DNA from: Candidatus Gastranaerophilales bacterium
GTDB taxonomy: Bacteria; Cyanobacteriota; Vampirovibrionia; Gastranaerophilales; JANQFW01
DNA length: 64,000 bases
NCBI GenBank assembly: GCA_028277625.1
Contig: JANQFW010000135.1
Span: 9,424-73,423, forward strand
Reading direction: 5' to 3'
Part shown: piece by piece, positions 1 to 8,797 of the stretch
Layout: the number at the start of each line of letters is the position of its first letter
How positions within the stretch are numbered: the stretch's first letter is position 1
The notes under the pieces: generated by a model
The model's database searches: none
Seen by the model: the letters and a program-made list of their open reading frames with translations, nothing else
What the model was told of the DNA's origin: nothing
Program-made: the position numbers and the translations under genes

Positions 1-129
1 ATTTTTTAATTTTGTTCTTACAAAAGCCGAACCTTTGCCTGGCTTTACGTGCAAGAATTCCACAATCGACCAAATGCCATTGTCAAGCTCAACTGTCATT
101 CCTGTTTTGAAGTCACTTGTTGAAATCAT
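1..129 (-). CDS. efp: elongation factor P, 5' end only (start codon at 129, gene runs off the left edge)
   Basis: My reverse-complement translation of 129..1 gives [43 protein letters not shown]. This is the canonical EF-P N-terminus, including the KPGKG loop. It is absent from the ORF track because it is truncated. Confidence 0.85.
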   Translation of the reverse strand, partial: MISTSDFKTGMTVELDNGIWSIVEFLHVKPGKGSAFVRTKLKN

Positions 130-227
130 TATTTTACAACCTATTAATTACTATCCATACACCGACAATTAAGAAAAGTATACTCAAAAAATTTTCTAAA
201 ATCTACAGTTTTGTCATTAAATTTAGT

Positions 228-668
228 TTATGAGCAGTATAAATAATCTGTCAATGCCCTTAAGCCTAATAAATAGCTATTATGTTTAAATCCACTGATT
301 TGACCAACTGATACGCCTGCAATAAAAGATTTTTGCCTAAACTCTTCTCTTGTATGTATATTAGAAATATGCACTTCGACTGTTGGAACATTAACAGACA
401 ACAAAGCATCACGCAAAGCTACGCTTGTGTGCGTGTAAGCTGCTGGATTGATTAATATACCGTCAAACATGCCATATGCCTGTTGAATTTTAGTTACCAA
501 TTCACCTTCGCTATTAGACTGAAAAGTTTCTATTGTTACGTTTAACTCTTTTGCTAAGTCTTCCAACATATTGTTAATATCTGCAAGTGTTGTTTTTCCA
601 TATTTTTCAGGCTCTCTTGTTCCTAGCATATTAAGGTTAGGGCCGTGTAGTACTAATATTTTTTTCAT
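228..668 (-). CDS. aroQ: type II 3-dehydroquinate dehydratase
   Basis: 146 aa. The N-terminus [24 protein letters not shown] and the [12 protein letters not shown] segment are typical AroQ signatures. Size is right. Confidence 0.92.
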   Translation of the reverse strand: MKKILVLHGPNLNMLGTREPEKYGKTTLADINNMLEDLAKELNVTIETFQSNSEGELVTKIQQAYGMFDGILINPAAYTHTSVALRDALLSVNVPTVEVHISNIHTREEFRQKSFIAGVSVGQISGFKHNSYLLGLRALTDYLYCS

Positions 669-733
669 ATATTTATCCTTAAATTCTATTGTTATTTTCT
701 TTTAAATTTAGGGTTGAGCGAGCTAGCAAATCT

Positions 734-1891
734 TTAGCGTCCTTTAAGCTTTCTTACAAACATAAAAAACTTTTCAACAGGAGGTTTTGAAAGGTTTATA
801 GCTCCAAAAGGACAAGATTCTTGGCAACAATAGCATTTAATACACTTTGGATATAAAAAAATAACAGCCTTTTTACTTTTCAATTCAATAATTTCTGCAG
901 GGCAAGACTCTACACAGACATTGCAGCCTTTACAAGCTTTTTTATCAATAACAGGCTTGGCCACAATCATATCTGACAGGAAATTTTGTAGCCACATTGG
1001 ATACTTATCCGGTATACTTCTGTTTCTAATAGGAGGTAAGTTAAATTGATAAATTTTTACTTCATCAAAAGCTTTTAATTCAATATCTTCTATTGATTTA
1101 TAGTCTAAAATAGTTGACACTGTATCAATCGGCATCCCCATAATATGACACGCCAAGACATCTATTGCCTGAGCATTCCAACCGCCAAATAAAGCCCCTG
1201 CAAAACGTGGATCTCCATTGCTTGGTCCTTCGCCTTCCATTCCAACTATTCCATCTACAAAAGTAAAAACTTTACCTTCGAGAAAGCCATTAATATCTAC
1301 CAGCATATTAGAAAAAATTCTTATATCCGGCATTGCAAGATGTTGCCTAAACTTAACTACCCCTGGCATAAGCCCAAAGAGGTTTTTTACGCCACAGGTT
1401 AGTCTTGTTAGGGTATGGGTTTTCATTTTGGCAAAATTTATTATTAAATCAGCTTCCATAGCAGGCTTGATAACCAAAAACTTTTTTATAGAGTTACCTT
1501 GCGGATATTCTGCTACTTCATCGCTAAGGTCGTAGTTTAGGCTTACATTCTTTTCGTTTTCTAAATCTTTTAGCTGGCATGTTTGATATAGCTTATCCAG
1601 AATATTTTTATTATAAGGTCCGGCTGGGCTATCACCTACTGTTATATTACAATCATATTGTTGCAGGTTATTTATCAATGCTTTTAGCACAACCGGATGG
1701 GTTGTTATAGCTTTATCTGGAGGCCTGGCGGCTAATAAATTAGGTTTTATTAATACTTTTAAGCCTTTTTTACTTTTTAGGATATCAATTAGTTCCTGAT
1801 TCTCGTTAATAATATTATCTACAGCCCTTTGTACCTCATCAGGATTGTATCCTGAGCAATAAGAATAACTTACTTTATTATTGTTTTTCAT
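734..1891 (-). CDS. DUF362-like protein with C-terminal 2x[4Fe-4S] ferredoxin domain
   Basis: 385 aa. The C-terminus carries two CxxCxxCxxxCP-type motifs (CKGCNVCVESCP and CIKCYCCQESCP). The body resembles DUF362 family proteins. Confidence 0.7.
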   Translation of the reverse strand: MKNNNKVSYSYCSGYNPDEVQRAVDNIINENQELIDILKSKKGLKVLIKPNLLAARPPDKAITTHPVVLKALINNLQQYDCNITVGDSPAGPYNKNILDKLYQTCQLKDLENEKNVSLNYDLSDEVAEYPQGNSIKKFLVIKPAMEADLIINFAKMKTHTLTRLTCGVKNLFGLMPGVVKFRQHLAMPDIRIFSNMLVDINGFLEGKVFTFVDGIVGMEGEGPSNGDPRFAGALFGGWNAQAIDVLACHIMGMPIDTVSTILDYKSIEDIELKAFDEVKIYQFNLPPIRNRSIPDKYPMWLQNFLSDMIVAKPVIDKKACKGCNVCVESCPAEIIELKSKKAVIFLYPKCIKCYCCQESCPFGAINLSKPPVEKFFMFVRKLKGR

Positions 1892-2354
1892 TATTTTGCC
1901 TTTTAAGTTATTTTAAATCCTGCTATTATTGAACTAGTAATCTAATTAAATTTCAACATCAAATTAAAGGATGAGCGATAAATTGAGTGTTTAAAATAAT
2001 TAATAAGTTTAATTTTTTATAATACTTGCAGGCAATTTTTTTGGATTTAATGTTTTTATATATATACAACACCATAATAATCCAAAACCATCAAAAAAGA
2101 TCCGGTTAGCATATTTACCATTTATTAAAGCACCATTTTAGCATTATTATTAAAAGACTTATTAACAAATTAAATATAAACTAATTTAGCCATATTAACT
2201 ACTAAGGATTTATTACATAGCAAGATAATTATAAATAATTAGTAAAAGGTTATTATACTAAATTAATTAAAAATATCTCCCTACCTACCTACTTATTAAT
2301 TCAAAGAATTCTCTAAATTATGGACTCTCTCTCAACTTATTCAATGAAGTTTTA

Positions 2355-2382
2355 AGCCGACTTTAACAGTCAGCTTTTTTTT
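2355..2382 (+). terminator. intrinsic terminator closing repeat unit 1
   Basis: AGCCGACT-TTAAC-AGTCAGCT hairpin (7 of 8 bp) followed by an 8-T run. Confidence 0.65.
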
Positions 2383-2752
2383 GCGCATAAACTGCAAAAA
2401 ATATATTTATTTAAAACTAATAAAAAAGGCAATTTTTTAAGATTTAATGTTTTTATATATATACAACACTAAAAATTAAAAATCATCAAAATCAAAAAAT
2501 TTAGCATATTAGCAATTTATCAAATACCATTTTAGCATTATTAAAAGACTTATCAGCAAATTAAATATAAATTAATTTAGCTATATTAACTTCTAATAAT
2601 TTATTACATAGCAAGTTATAAGTATAAATTATTAGTAAAAGTTATTATACTAAATTAATTAAAAATATATTCCTACCTACCTACTTATTAATTCAAAGAA
2701 TTCTCTAAATTATGGACTCTCTCTCTCTCTCAACTTATTCAATGAAGTTTTA

Positions 2753-2781
2753 AGCCGACTTTAACAGTCAGCTTTTTTTTT
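2753..2781 (+). terminator. intrinsic terminator closing repeat unit 2
   Basis: Identical AGCCGACT-TTAAC-AGTCAGCT hairpin followed by a 9-T run, ending 15 nt before the ATG at 2797. Confidence 0.65.
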
Positions 2782-2796
2782 GTAAAATTTATAATT

Positions 2797-3471
2797 ATGA
2801 ATGAAAATATTTTTAGCCAACATCAACTAAGCACCTGGAATGACTGCGCAAGGCGGTATTATTTCCAATACGTTAAAAATATTAATTGGGCGGAGCCATC
2901 TGAGCATAATATTATAGGTAATAATCTTCATAACTTGATGTATTACCACCTTAACGGGCAAAAAACAGATCACTTGCTAAAAGATGCAGGGCCTAAAATA
3001 ACAGAGCTATGGCAAGTTTGCCAAAATTTAGAGATATTAAAAAATAAAGCATTAGCCACAGAGTATAAGTTTTTAACTCGTCTGGCAAATTCTAATTATT
3101 GGCTGCAAGGGCGTGTTGATGCTATATTTTATGATAAAGCCAGAAATAAGTATATAATTGCCGATTGGAAAACAGGTAAAAACTTGCCTAAAAATTTTGA
3201 CAATAATTTTCAGTGCTTATTTTATTTGTATTCTATACATAAAAGCCAAAGATCATTGCATTTGAATTTTTTTGAAAAGGATTTAGAGTTTCAGTTTATA
3301 AAAGTTGCCGAAGAGCCTGAAATTAAAACTGTAGGTTACTCAAAAAAACAGGCTGTTAAATATGAGCAGACCATGCTTAATGTTATTAATAGCATTGTTA
3401 ACACAGAAGATTTTGTACGAAATCCGGGACAAAAGTGCAAAAGCTGTAAATTTGAAATAATTTGTGAGTGA
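2797..3471 (+). CDS. Cas4-like / RecB-family PD-(D/E)XK nuclease with 4-Cys cluster
   Basis: 224 aa. N-terminal Cys (WNDCARRYYFQY). Catalytic motifs GRVDAIFY and IADWKTGK (D...DxK). QCLFYLY (QxxxY). C-terminal CKSCKFEIIC (CxxCx5C). Together these match the Cas4/AddB nuclease-domain pattern. Confidence 0.75.
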   Translation: MNENIFSQHQLSTWNDCARRYYFQYVKNINWAEPSEHNIIGNNLHNLMYYHLNGQKTDHLLKDAGPKITELWQVCQNLEILKNKALATEYKFLTRLANSNYWLQGRVDAIFYDKARNKYIIADWKTGKNLPKNFDNNFQCLFYLYSIHKSQRSLHLNFFEKDLEFQFIKVAEEPEIKTVGYSKKQAVKYEQTMLNVINSIVNTEDFVRNPGQKCKSCKFEIICE

Positions 3472-3475
3472 TTGA

Positions 3476-5320
3476 TTAAATTCCTAACTCTAAACTTTCT
3501 TTTTGGTCAACTAATGGCAGCCTAAAGCCAAATACACTACCTTCTTCAATAGTACTTTCTACAAATACCTCACCGCAGTGATGTTTTTCTACGGTTACTT
3601 TAACTATATGTAACCCCAGTCCGGTACCTTTAATTGTATGGGTTTTATTTTCAACTCTATAAAATCTGTCAAATATTTTATCTAAATGATCTTCTGCTAT
3701 GCCCATACCGTTGTCTTCTATGGATACTTGCAAATGATTGCCGGTTCGATCTAATTCTGCTGTTATTTTTACTCTTCCGCCTTCATAAGAATATTTGATT
3801 GCATTAGATACAAGATTTTTGATGGCTCGTTCTATGCTTTCTGCGTTAATTGAAATTTTTGGTAAGTCTGGTTCTATAAGTACTGAAAAAGAAAGGTTTT
3901 TCTCTTGGGCAAGTACGTTCATCGACTTAACTGTTAGATCTATAATTGGTCCGATGTTGCAAGATGATTTTTCTAGCTCAACATTTGCTGATTCTAATCT
4001 TGAAAAATCTAATATATCATTAACTAGTCTGTTTAGCCTGTCAGATTCTTCATTCATTACTTCTATAAATTCTGTTTTAGTTTGCTGGTCAAGTTCTTCA
4101 CCACAATTATACAATGTATCAATATAGCTTCTTAATACAGTAACAGGGGTTCTTAGTTCATGGCTTACATTTGAAATAAATGTATTTTTCATCTTATCGA
4201 TTTCGGCTTCTTTGGTTATATCGTGCAGTATTAAGATATAACCTAAGTAGTCCTGGTGATAGTCAAATATTGGCGATATAAATACTTTTATGACTTTTGT
4301 ATCTATTATTAATTCACACTCTAAAGGTTGACATTCGATTTCTTCTAGCGGTGTATCTTTAAATCTGGCGATGTCTTCCTGGAAACATAATTTGCCATTA
4401 GAATCACAAAAATTTAATATGTTAGAGTTAACAAGCTCATTAGCTTTTATCTCTAACATGCCTAGTGCTGAGGTATTAACAAGAATAACCTTGTCATAAT
4501 TATCACAGACTATAACACCGTTTGCTATACTCATCAGTACGGCTTCTAGTTTATTTCTTTCGTAGGTTAATTTGTCAATATTTTTTTCTTCGTACTGTCT
4601 TAATTTTGTAGACATATTATTGAAAGAGTTAAATAATTGCTTTACCTCACCCCATAGTTCTTTTGAGGTTATTTTATAACCAAATTCACCTGTGGAAACT
4701 CTTTTAACTCCATCTAACAGTAATTTAAGTTGTCTGGTAATTAAAAATGTATTAATAAAGACTGCTGCAATAGACAATAGCCATGCAACAGTAAATATTA
4801 CGATCATTAAATTTCTTGTAGCCTTACCGACAATTCGCATTGTATTGCCTGTTAAGCCTAGAACAATTGAACCGGTTACTCTTTTCATTCCGGAATATTC
4901 CGAAATCATTGGGTGGCTTACTTCAATAAAGTTTCTTTCGTTTTCAAAATTGAGTAAACTATTATTGTTTTTACTAGAATATATTATATTGCCGGATTCA
5001 TCCCTGAAAATAACATAAGCGATATCGTCATTTCTTTTGACTATTGCGCTTGATAGTCTTTTTAGTTTGCTGTTCTTCTTTTTAGCAGAAACATCGACTA
5101 TCATATCAGATGCTTCTACTGAAATGGTTTTGGCTAACATAAGCCCAAAGTTATGATAACTATTTATAATAGTTTTTTGCGTGTTATCAATAATAAGCCA
5201 TGCCGTACAAATAATTAGTATAGAGCTTAAAAACGAACCAAATATTATAAGTTTATTCTGGGTACTTAAACCCAAAAATCCCAGCTTATTATTATCTGTA
5301 TATTTAATAAAGTTTCTCAT
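3476..5320 (-). CDS. membrane sensor histidine kinase (TM-sensor-TM, HAMP, PAS-like, HisKA, HATPase)
   Basis: 614 aa. H-box SHELRTP, N-box NLVSNAIKYS, G-boxes DNGMGI and GTGLGL. Two hydrophobic segments flank an extracytoplasmic region of about 150 aa. Confidence 0.9.
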   Translation of the reverse strand: MRNFIKYTDNNKLGFLGLSTQNKLIIFGSFLSSILIICTAWLIIDNTQKTIINSYHNFGLMLAKTISVEASDMIVDVSAKKKNSKLKRLSSAIVKRNDDIAYVIFRDESGNIIYSSKNNNSLLNFENERNFIEVSHPMISEYSGMKRVTGSIVLGLTGNTMRIVGKATRNLMIVIFTVAWLLSIAAVFINTFLITRQLKLLLDGVKRVSTGEFGYKITSKELWGEVKQLFNSFNNMSTKLRQYEEKNIDKLTYERNKLEAVLMSIANGVIVCDNYDKVILVNTSALGMLEIKANELVNSNILNFCDSNGKLCFQEDIARFKDTPLEEIECQPLECELIIDTKVIKVFISPIFDYHQDYLGYILILHDITKEAEIDKMKNTFISNVSHELRTPVTVLRSYIDTLYNCGEELDQQTKTEFIEVMNEESDRLNRLVNDILDFSRLESANVELEKSSCNIGPIIDLTVKSMNVLAQEKNLSFSVLIEPDLPKISINAESIERAIKNLVSNAIKYSYEGGRVKITAELDRTGNHLQVSIEDNGMGIAEDHLDKIFDRFYRVENKTHTIKGTGLGLHIVKVTVEKHHCGEVFVESTIEEGSVFGFRLPLVDQKESLELGI

Positions 5321-5333
5321 TATAAAAATACAT

Positions 5334-5912
5334 TTACTGTAAACCGGATAAAATAAGATTACTTATCGACTTTAGCGTTGCAAATACACCTGAACCATTT
5401 GTTGCTACTGCTTCAAAACTTGGACACCCCAGCTTGTTAAGATCGTTTTCCAACGTTTCCAGAGATAAAATATCACCTTCATCTCTTTTATTGTACTGAA
5501 AAACAATCGGTACATTTTCTAAAGTCAAGTTATATACCTTCAGGTCTTCAATTAAATCTTTTAAACTTTCTATATTTTCTTCTCTTTTTTCTGATCTGGA
5601 GTCAGCTACAAAAATAATGCCGTCGATACCGTTTAAAATAAGCTTTCTAGCTGCTGCATATTGTTTTTGGCCGGGTGCGGTATACAAACTAAAGCTTGTT
5701 GTAAAGCCTTTGACCTCACCCAGGTTTATTGACAAAAAGTCAAAAAACAGTGTTCTTTCGTTAACACCCGCAAGTTTTGTCATATCACTTCTTATGGAAG
5801 GATCTAATTTGCTATAGATATAACCTAAGTTTGTGGTTTTACCGCCTTCGCCTGTACCACAATATACAATTTTACAGTTTACCTTACGATCAGCATAATT
5901 TACAAGAACCAC
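5334..5912 (-). CDS. mglA: MglA-type Ras-like small GTPase
   Basis: 192 aa. It aligns along its whole length with my memory of Myxococcus MglA: NCKIVYCGTGEGGKTTNL P-loop, RTLFFDFL, the characteristic TAPGQ in place of DxxGQ, and YNKRD for NKxD. Confidence 0.85.
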   Translation of the reverse strand: MVLVNYADRKVNCKIVYCGTGEGGKTTNLGYIYSKLDPSIRSDMTKLAGVNERTLFFDFLSINLGEVKGFTTSFSLYTAPGQKQYAAARKLILNGIDGIIFVADSRSEKREENIESLKDLIEDLKVYNLTLENVPIVFQYNKRDEGDILSLETLENDLNKLGCPSFEAVATNGSGVFATLKSISNLILSGLQ

Positions 5913-6390
5913 TTTATCTTACTCTTTCAAAATTAAATAAAACCCAGACTGAAAAAATTGACTTAATTATATTATCCTCAAAATATTGACTATGGACAAG
6001 TACTAAACTAAGCAAATAATTTATTTTTATATTTATACAACTTAAATTATTTTAGAAAAAGCTTATTATAATTATATTTACACGATTGATCTATCAGAAA
6101 ACTAATTTAGAATTAGCAGTAATTGTATTTACAACTTTAAAATTCTTTTCTGCAAATATACTACAACAATCATAAAGTAAGTGCTTTTTAATAATTAAGA
6201 AAATATTATAAAAACAAAAAAAACTTCACTTAAATGTTATTATAAAAATACAAAAAATAAAACTAAATAGCAACAAAAAAATTAAATAATAAAAATAACC
6301 ACCCTTTAAATTTTCTTACACGCTTTACCCCGCAATATATCACGAAGATACTCTCCAAAGCTCTTATAAGCTCCTTATAACGAGACAATC

Positions 6391-6422
6391 AGGTCAGGCT
6401 AAATGCCTGCCTTTTATTTTTT
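6391..6422 (+). terminator. intrinsic terminator oriented on the + strand, at the end of an ORF-free region
   Basis: AGGTCAGGC-TAAAT-GCCTGCCT hairpin (one bulged A) followed by TTTTATTTTTT. On the minus strand the hairpin is not followed by a T run. Confidence 0.55.
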
Positions 6423-6431
6423 AAATTTAAC

Positions 6432-8585
6432 TTAAGATTTTTTCATTAGCTCTAGCGATATTCGTTTTAATTCTGTATCGACAGACAGAACTTTAACACT
6501 TACTTGATCACCTACAGATAACACGTCATAAGGACTTTTTACAAATCTGTCACCCATTTTAGAAATATGTATCAGTCCATCTTGGTGAACCCCAATATCA
6601 ACAAAAGCCCCAAAGTTTGTAACATTGGTTACCACACCATTTAAAATCATGCCTTCATTTAAATCTTTCATTTCGTTAATGTCAGAATCAAATGAAACGC
6701 TACTAAACTCTTTTCTGGGATCAAGTCCGGGCTTTTTTAATTCTTGCAGAATATCTGTCAATGTAGGGATACCAATAGTATCTGTGACATATTTATTTAT
6801 GTTTATTTTGGAAATTAAATCTTGATTGCCAATTAGATCTTCTACATTTGAGCCTGTATCTTTTACCATTGATTGAACAATTTTATAACTTTCAGGGTGT
6901 ATAGCAGAATTATCTAATCTATTTTTACCGTTTTTGATTCTTAAAAATCCTGCGCATTGCTCAAATGCTTTTTTACCTAATTTTGCTACACTTAAAAGTT
7001 GTTTTCTTTCTTCAAAGCTACCATTTTCAGCTCGGTATTTAACAATATTTTGAGCAACACCTTTATTTATACCAGAAACATAAGATAATAAGGCCTCTGA
7101 AGCAGTATTTAAGTCAACACCTACAAAGTTTACACAAGATTCTACGCATAAATCCAAAGATTTTTTTAATTCTTTTTGATTGACATCATGCTGGTATTGG
7201 CCAACACCTATAGATTTAGCGTCTATCTTTACCAGCTCAGCTAAAGGATCTTGTAATCTTCTGGCAATACTAATTCCGCCTCTTACTGTAACGTCAAGGT
7301 CAGGAAATTCCTTTTGAGCTGTCTCTGATGCAGAATAAACTGATGCGCCAGCCTCGCTTACCACTACTGATTTAATTTTAAGATTATTTTTCTTTATTAT
7401 ATTTTTAATAAAAATATCTGTTTCTTTAGATGCAGTACCGTTGCCAATTGAAATTAAGTCTACATTATACTTATTGATTAATTCTAAAACTATTCTCTCT
7501 GCTTTATCAACCTGCTTTTGAGGCTCATGAGGATATATTGCAATAAATTCTTTGTAATTACTGTTATCATCAATAACTACTACTTTGCATCCGGTTCTAA
7601 AGCCAGGGTCTACGCCCATTATTACTTTGTATCCTGCGGGTGGCGATAAAAGAAGATTTCTTAGATTTTTTGAAAAAACATTAATTGCCTCAGCTTCAGC
7701 TTCTTGAAGTTTTGTTGCAAAGACTTCGTTTTCTATTGAGGGATAAATTAGACGTCTGAAGCTATCTGTTATAGCGTCTTCTATATCTTCATAAAAAATA
7801 AAGCTTGTGTTTTTTATTACTTTCCTATCAATAAGTTCGAGCACATCATCTTCGTTGACCTCAATTTTGTAGGATAAAACCTTTTCTTTTTCTCCTCTTC
7901 TTATTGCAAGTATACGGTGAGATGGAGATCTTTTTATTGGCTCTGAGAAGTCATAGTAAGTTTCGAACTTGGATTTTTTATTTACCCAGTCTTTTTTAGG
8001 CTTAGATGCAATCAATCCTCTGGCAGCCGTAAAGTTTCTTACGGTTTCTCTTATTTGCGCATCATCAGAAATAACTTCAGCTACAATATCTAAAGCTCCT
8101 TCTAATGCATCTTCTATAGATTCTACACCTTTTTCTTTATCTATATAGCTACTTAAAACATCTTCACGGGAGTTTTTAGGATTTATTTGCATGAGTATAA
8201 AATCTGCCAAAGGCTCAAGACCTTTTTCTTTAGCTATAGTAGCTCTTGTTCTTTTTTTAGGCTTATATGGCAGATATAAATCTTCTAACTTTTGCTTATC
8301 AACACACTCTACTATTTGCTTTTCGAGAGCAGGCGTTAATTTTTCCTGGCTTTGTATGGATTGCAGAACAGTTTCTTTACGTTTTTGCAGCTCTGTATAG
8401 TATTCCAGCTTATCGCCTATGTCTTTTATTTGGATTTCATCCAATCCACCTGTTTTTTCTTTTCTGTATCGCGATATAAATGGAATAGTGGCGCCGTCTT
8501 TGAATAAAGCCACTGTATTATTAACAGAATCCTGTTTTATGCCTAAATCTTTACTTATATTTTCTAAAATAAACTGTTCGCTCAT
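6432..8585 (-). CDS. tex: Tex-like transcription accessory protein (YqgF/RuvC-like, HhH and C-terminal S1 domains)
   Basis: The ORF track gives 6432..8618. I place the start at the ATG at 8585 (MSEQFILENIS...) because GGAGG lies 8 nt upstream. PFISRYRKE, the YqgF-like GVDPGFRTGCK and a C-terminal S1 domain (GMILNGVVTNVTNFGAFVDIG) are typical of Tex. Confidence 0.9.
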   Translation of the reverse strand: MSEQFILENISKDLGIKQDSVNNTVALFKDGATIPFISRYRKEKTGGLDEIQIKDIGDKLEYYTELQKRKETVLQSIQSQEKLTPALEKQIVECVDKQKLEDLYLPYKPKKRTRATIAKEKGLEPLADFILMQINPKNSREDVLSSYIDKEKGVESIEDALEGALDIVAEVISDDAQIRETVRNFTAARGLIASKPKKDWVNKKSKFETYYDFSEPIKRSPSHRILAIRRGEKEKVLSYKIEVNEDDVLELIDRKVIKNTSFIFYEDIEDAITDSFRRLIYPSIENEVFATKLQEAEAEAINVFSKNLRNLLLSPPAGYKVIMGVDPGFRTGCKVVVIDDNSNYKEFIAIYPHEPQKQVDKAERIVLELINKYNVDLISIGNGTASKETDIFIKNIIKKNNLKIKSVVVSEAGASVYSASETAQKEFPDLDVTVRGGISIARRLQDPLAELVKIDAKSIGVGQYQHDVNQKELKKSLDLCVESCVNFVGVDLNTASEALLSYVSGINKGVAQNIVKYRAENGSFEERKQLLSVAKLGKKAFEQCAGFLRIKNGKNRLDNSAIHPESYKIVQSMVKDTGSNVEDLIGNQDLISKININKYVTDTIGIPTLTDILQELKKPGLDPRKEFSSVSFDSDINEMKDLNEGMILNGVVTNVTNFGAFVDIGVHQDGLIHISKMGDRFVKSPYDVLSVGDQVSVKVLSVDTELKRISLELMKKS

Positions 8586-8684
8586 TGATAAATCCTCCCA
8601 CTCAAAATATATTAACAAAAAAATAAAATAACCAACTAAACAAAATTTATGTTGGGATTATAAAGGGAGAAACCCTTTATCTAT

Positions 8685-8790
8685 AAAAGGGCGGAGGGAG
8701 AGTAGAAAAACGAGAATATTATCTACTTATTTTTGCTTAAAAGGGTGTAGTAAAATATTATAAAAAAAATTAACATTCATAATGTATTTA
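8685..8790 (+). repeat. degenerate copy D of the dispersed structured repeat
   Basis: AAAAGGGCGGAGGGAGAGTAGAAAAACGAG...TTGCTTAAAAGGGTGTAGTAAAATATT aligns by eye with AAAGGGCGAGCGAGTCGGC..AAAACAGCGAG...TTGCTAGGGGCAAGGGGTAGATATAAC of the copy at 22047. The central hairpins have decayed. Confidence 0.35.
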
Positions 8791-8797
8791 TATACAA

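Larger units (their letters stand above)
2031..2781 (+). repeat. tandem direct duplication, two units of about 352 nt with a period of about 397 bp (2031-2382 and 2428-2781)
   Basis: Both units start GGCAATTTTTT..GATTTAATGTTTTTATATATATACAACAC and end ..CCTACCTACCTACTTATTAATTCAAAGAATTCTCTAAATTATGGACTCT(CT)nCAACTTATTCAATGAAGTTTTAAGCCGACTTTAACAGTCAGCTTTTTTTT. Identity by eye is about 85-90%. The last 130 nt are nearly identical apart from the CT-repeat length. Confidence 0.9.

Noticed and set aside
1218-1535. 105-aa + strand ORF, representative of about 60 short ORFs in the track that lie antisense inside longer genes. Examples: 3795-4127, 4692-5018, 8191-8631, 9446-9736, 12211-12456, 13003-13930, 17217-17599, 21257-21502, 25367-25657, 34198-34551, 38071-39231, 44135-45468, 58160-58696, 61022-61255, 62193-63212.
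   Set aside because: Each is fully embedded opposite a long ORF with clear family motifs. Their translations are low-complexity and rich in Leu, Ser, Ile and Phe, as expected for shadow frames in AT-rich DNA.
2323-2358. Micro-ORF MDSLSTYSMKF in repeat unit 1, and MDSLSLSTYSMKF at 2712-2753 in unit 2. The CT-run length difference is in frame.
   Set aside because: There is no Shine-Dalgarno sequence upstream, the ORF is only 11-13 codons, and it runs into the terminator stem. The in-frame 6-nt difference is equally well explained by dinucleotide slippage by three units. I keep it only as a footnote to the sRNA hypothesis.
2031-2781. Possible CRISPR array or replication origin in the repeat-containing gap.
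   Set aside because: Only two units are present, with a 397-bp period and no short repeat-spacer structure, so it is not a CRISPR array. I found no clustered DnaA boxes (TTATCCACA) and no dnaA or dnaN nearby, so there is no support for oriC. The same applies to 5913-6431, where only one 1-mismatch box (TTATCCTCA) occurs.
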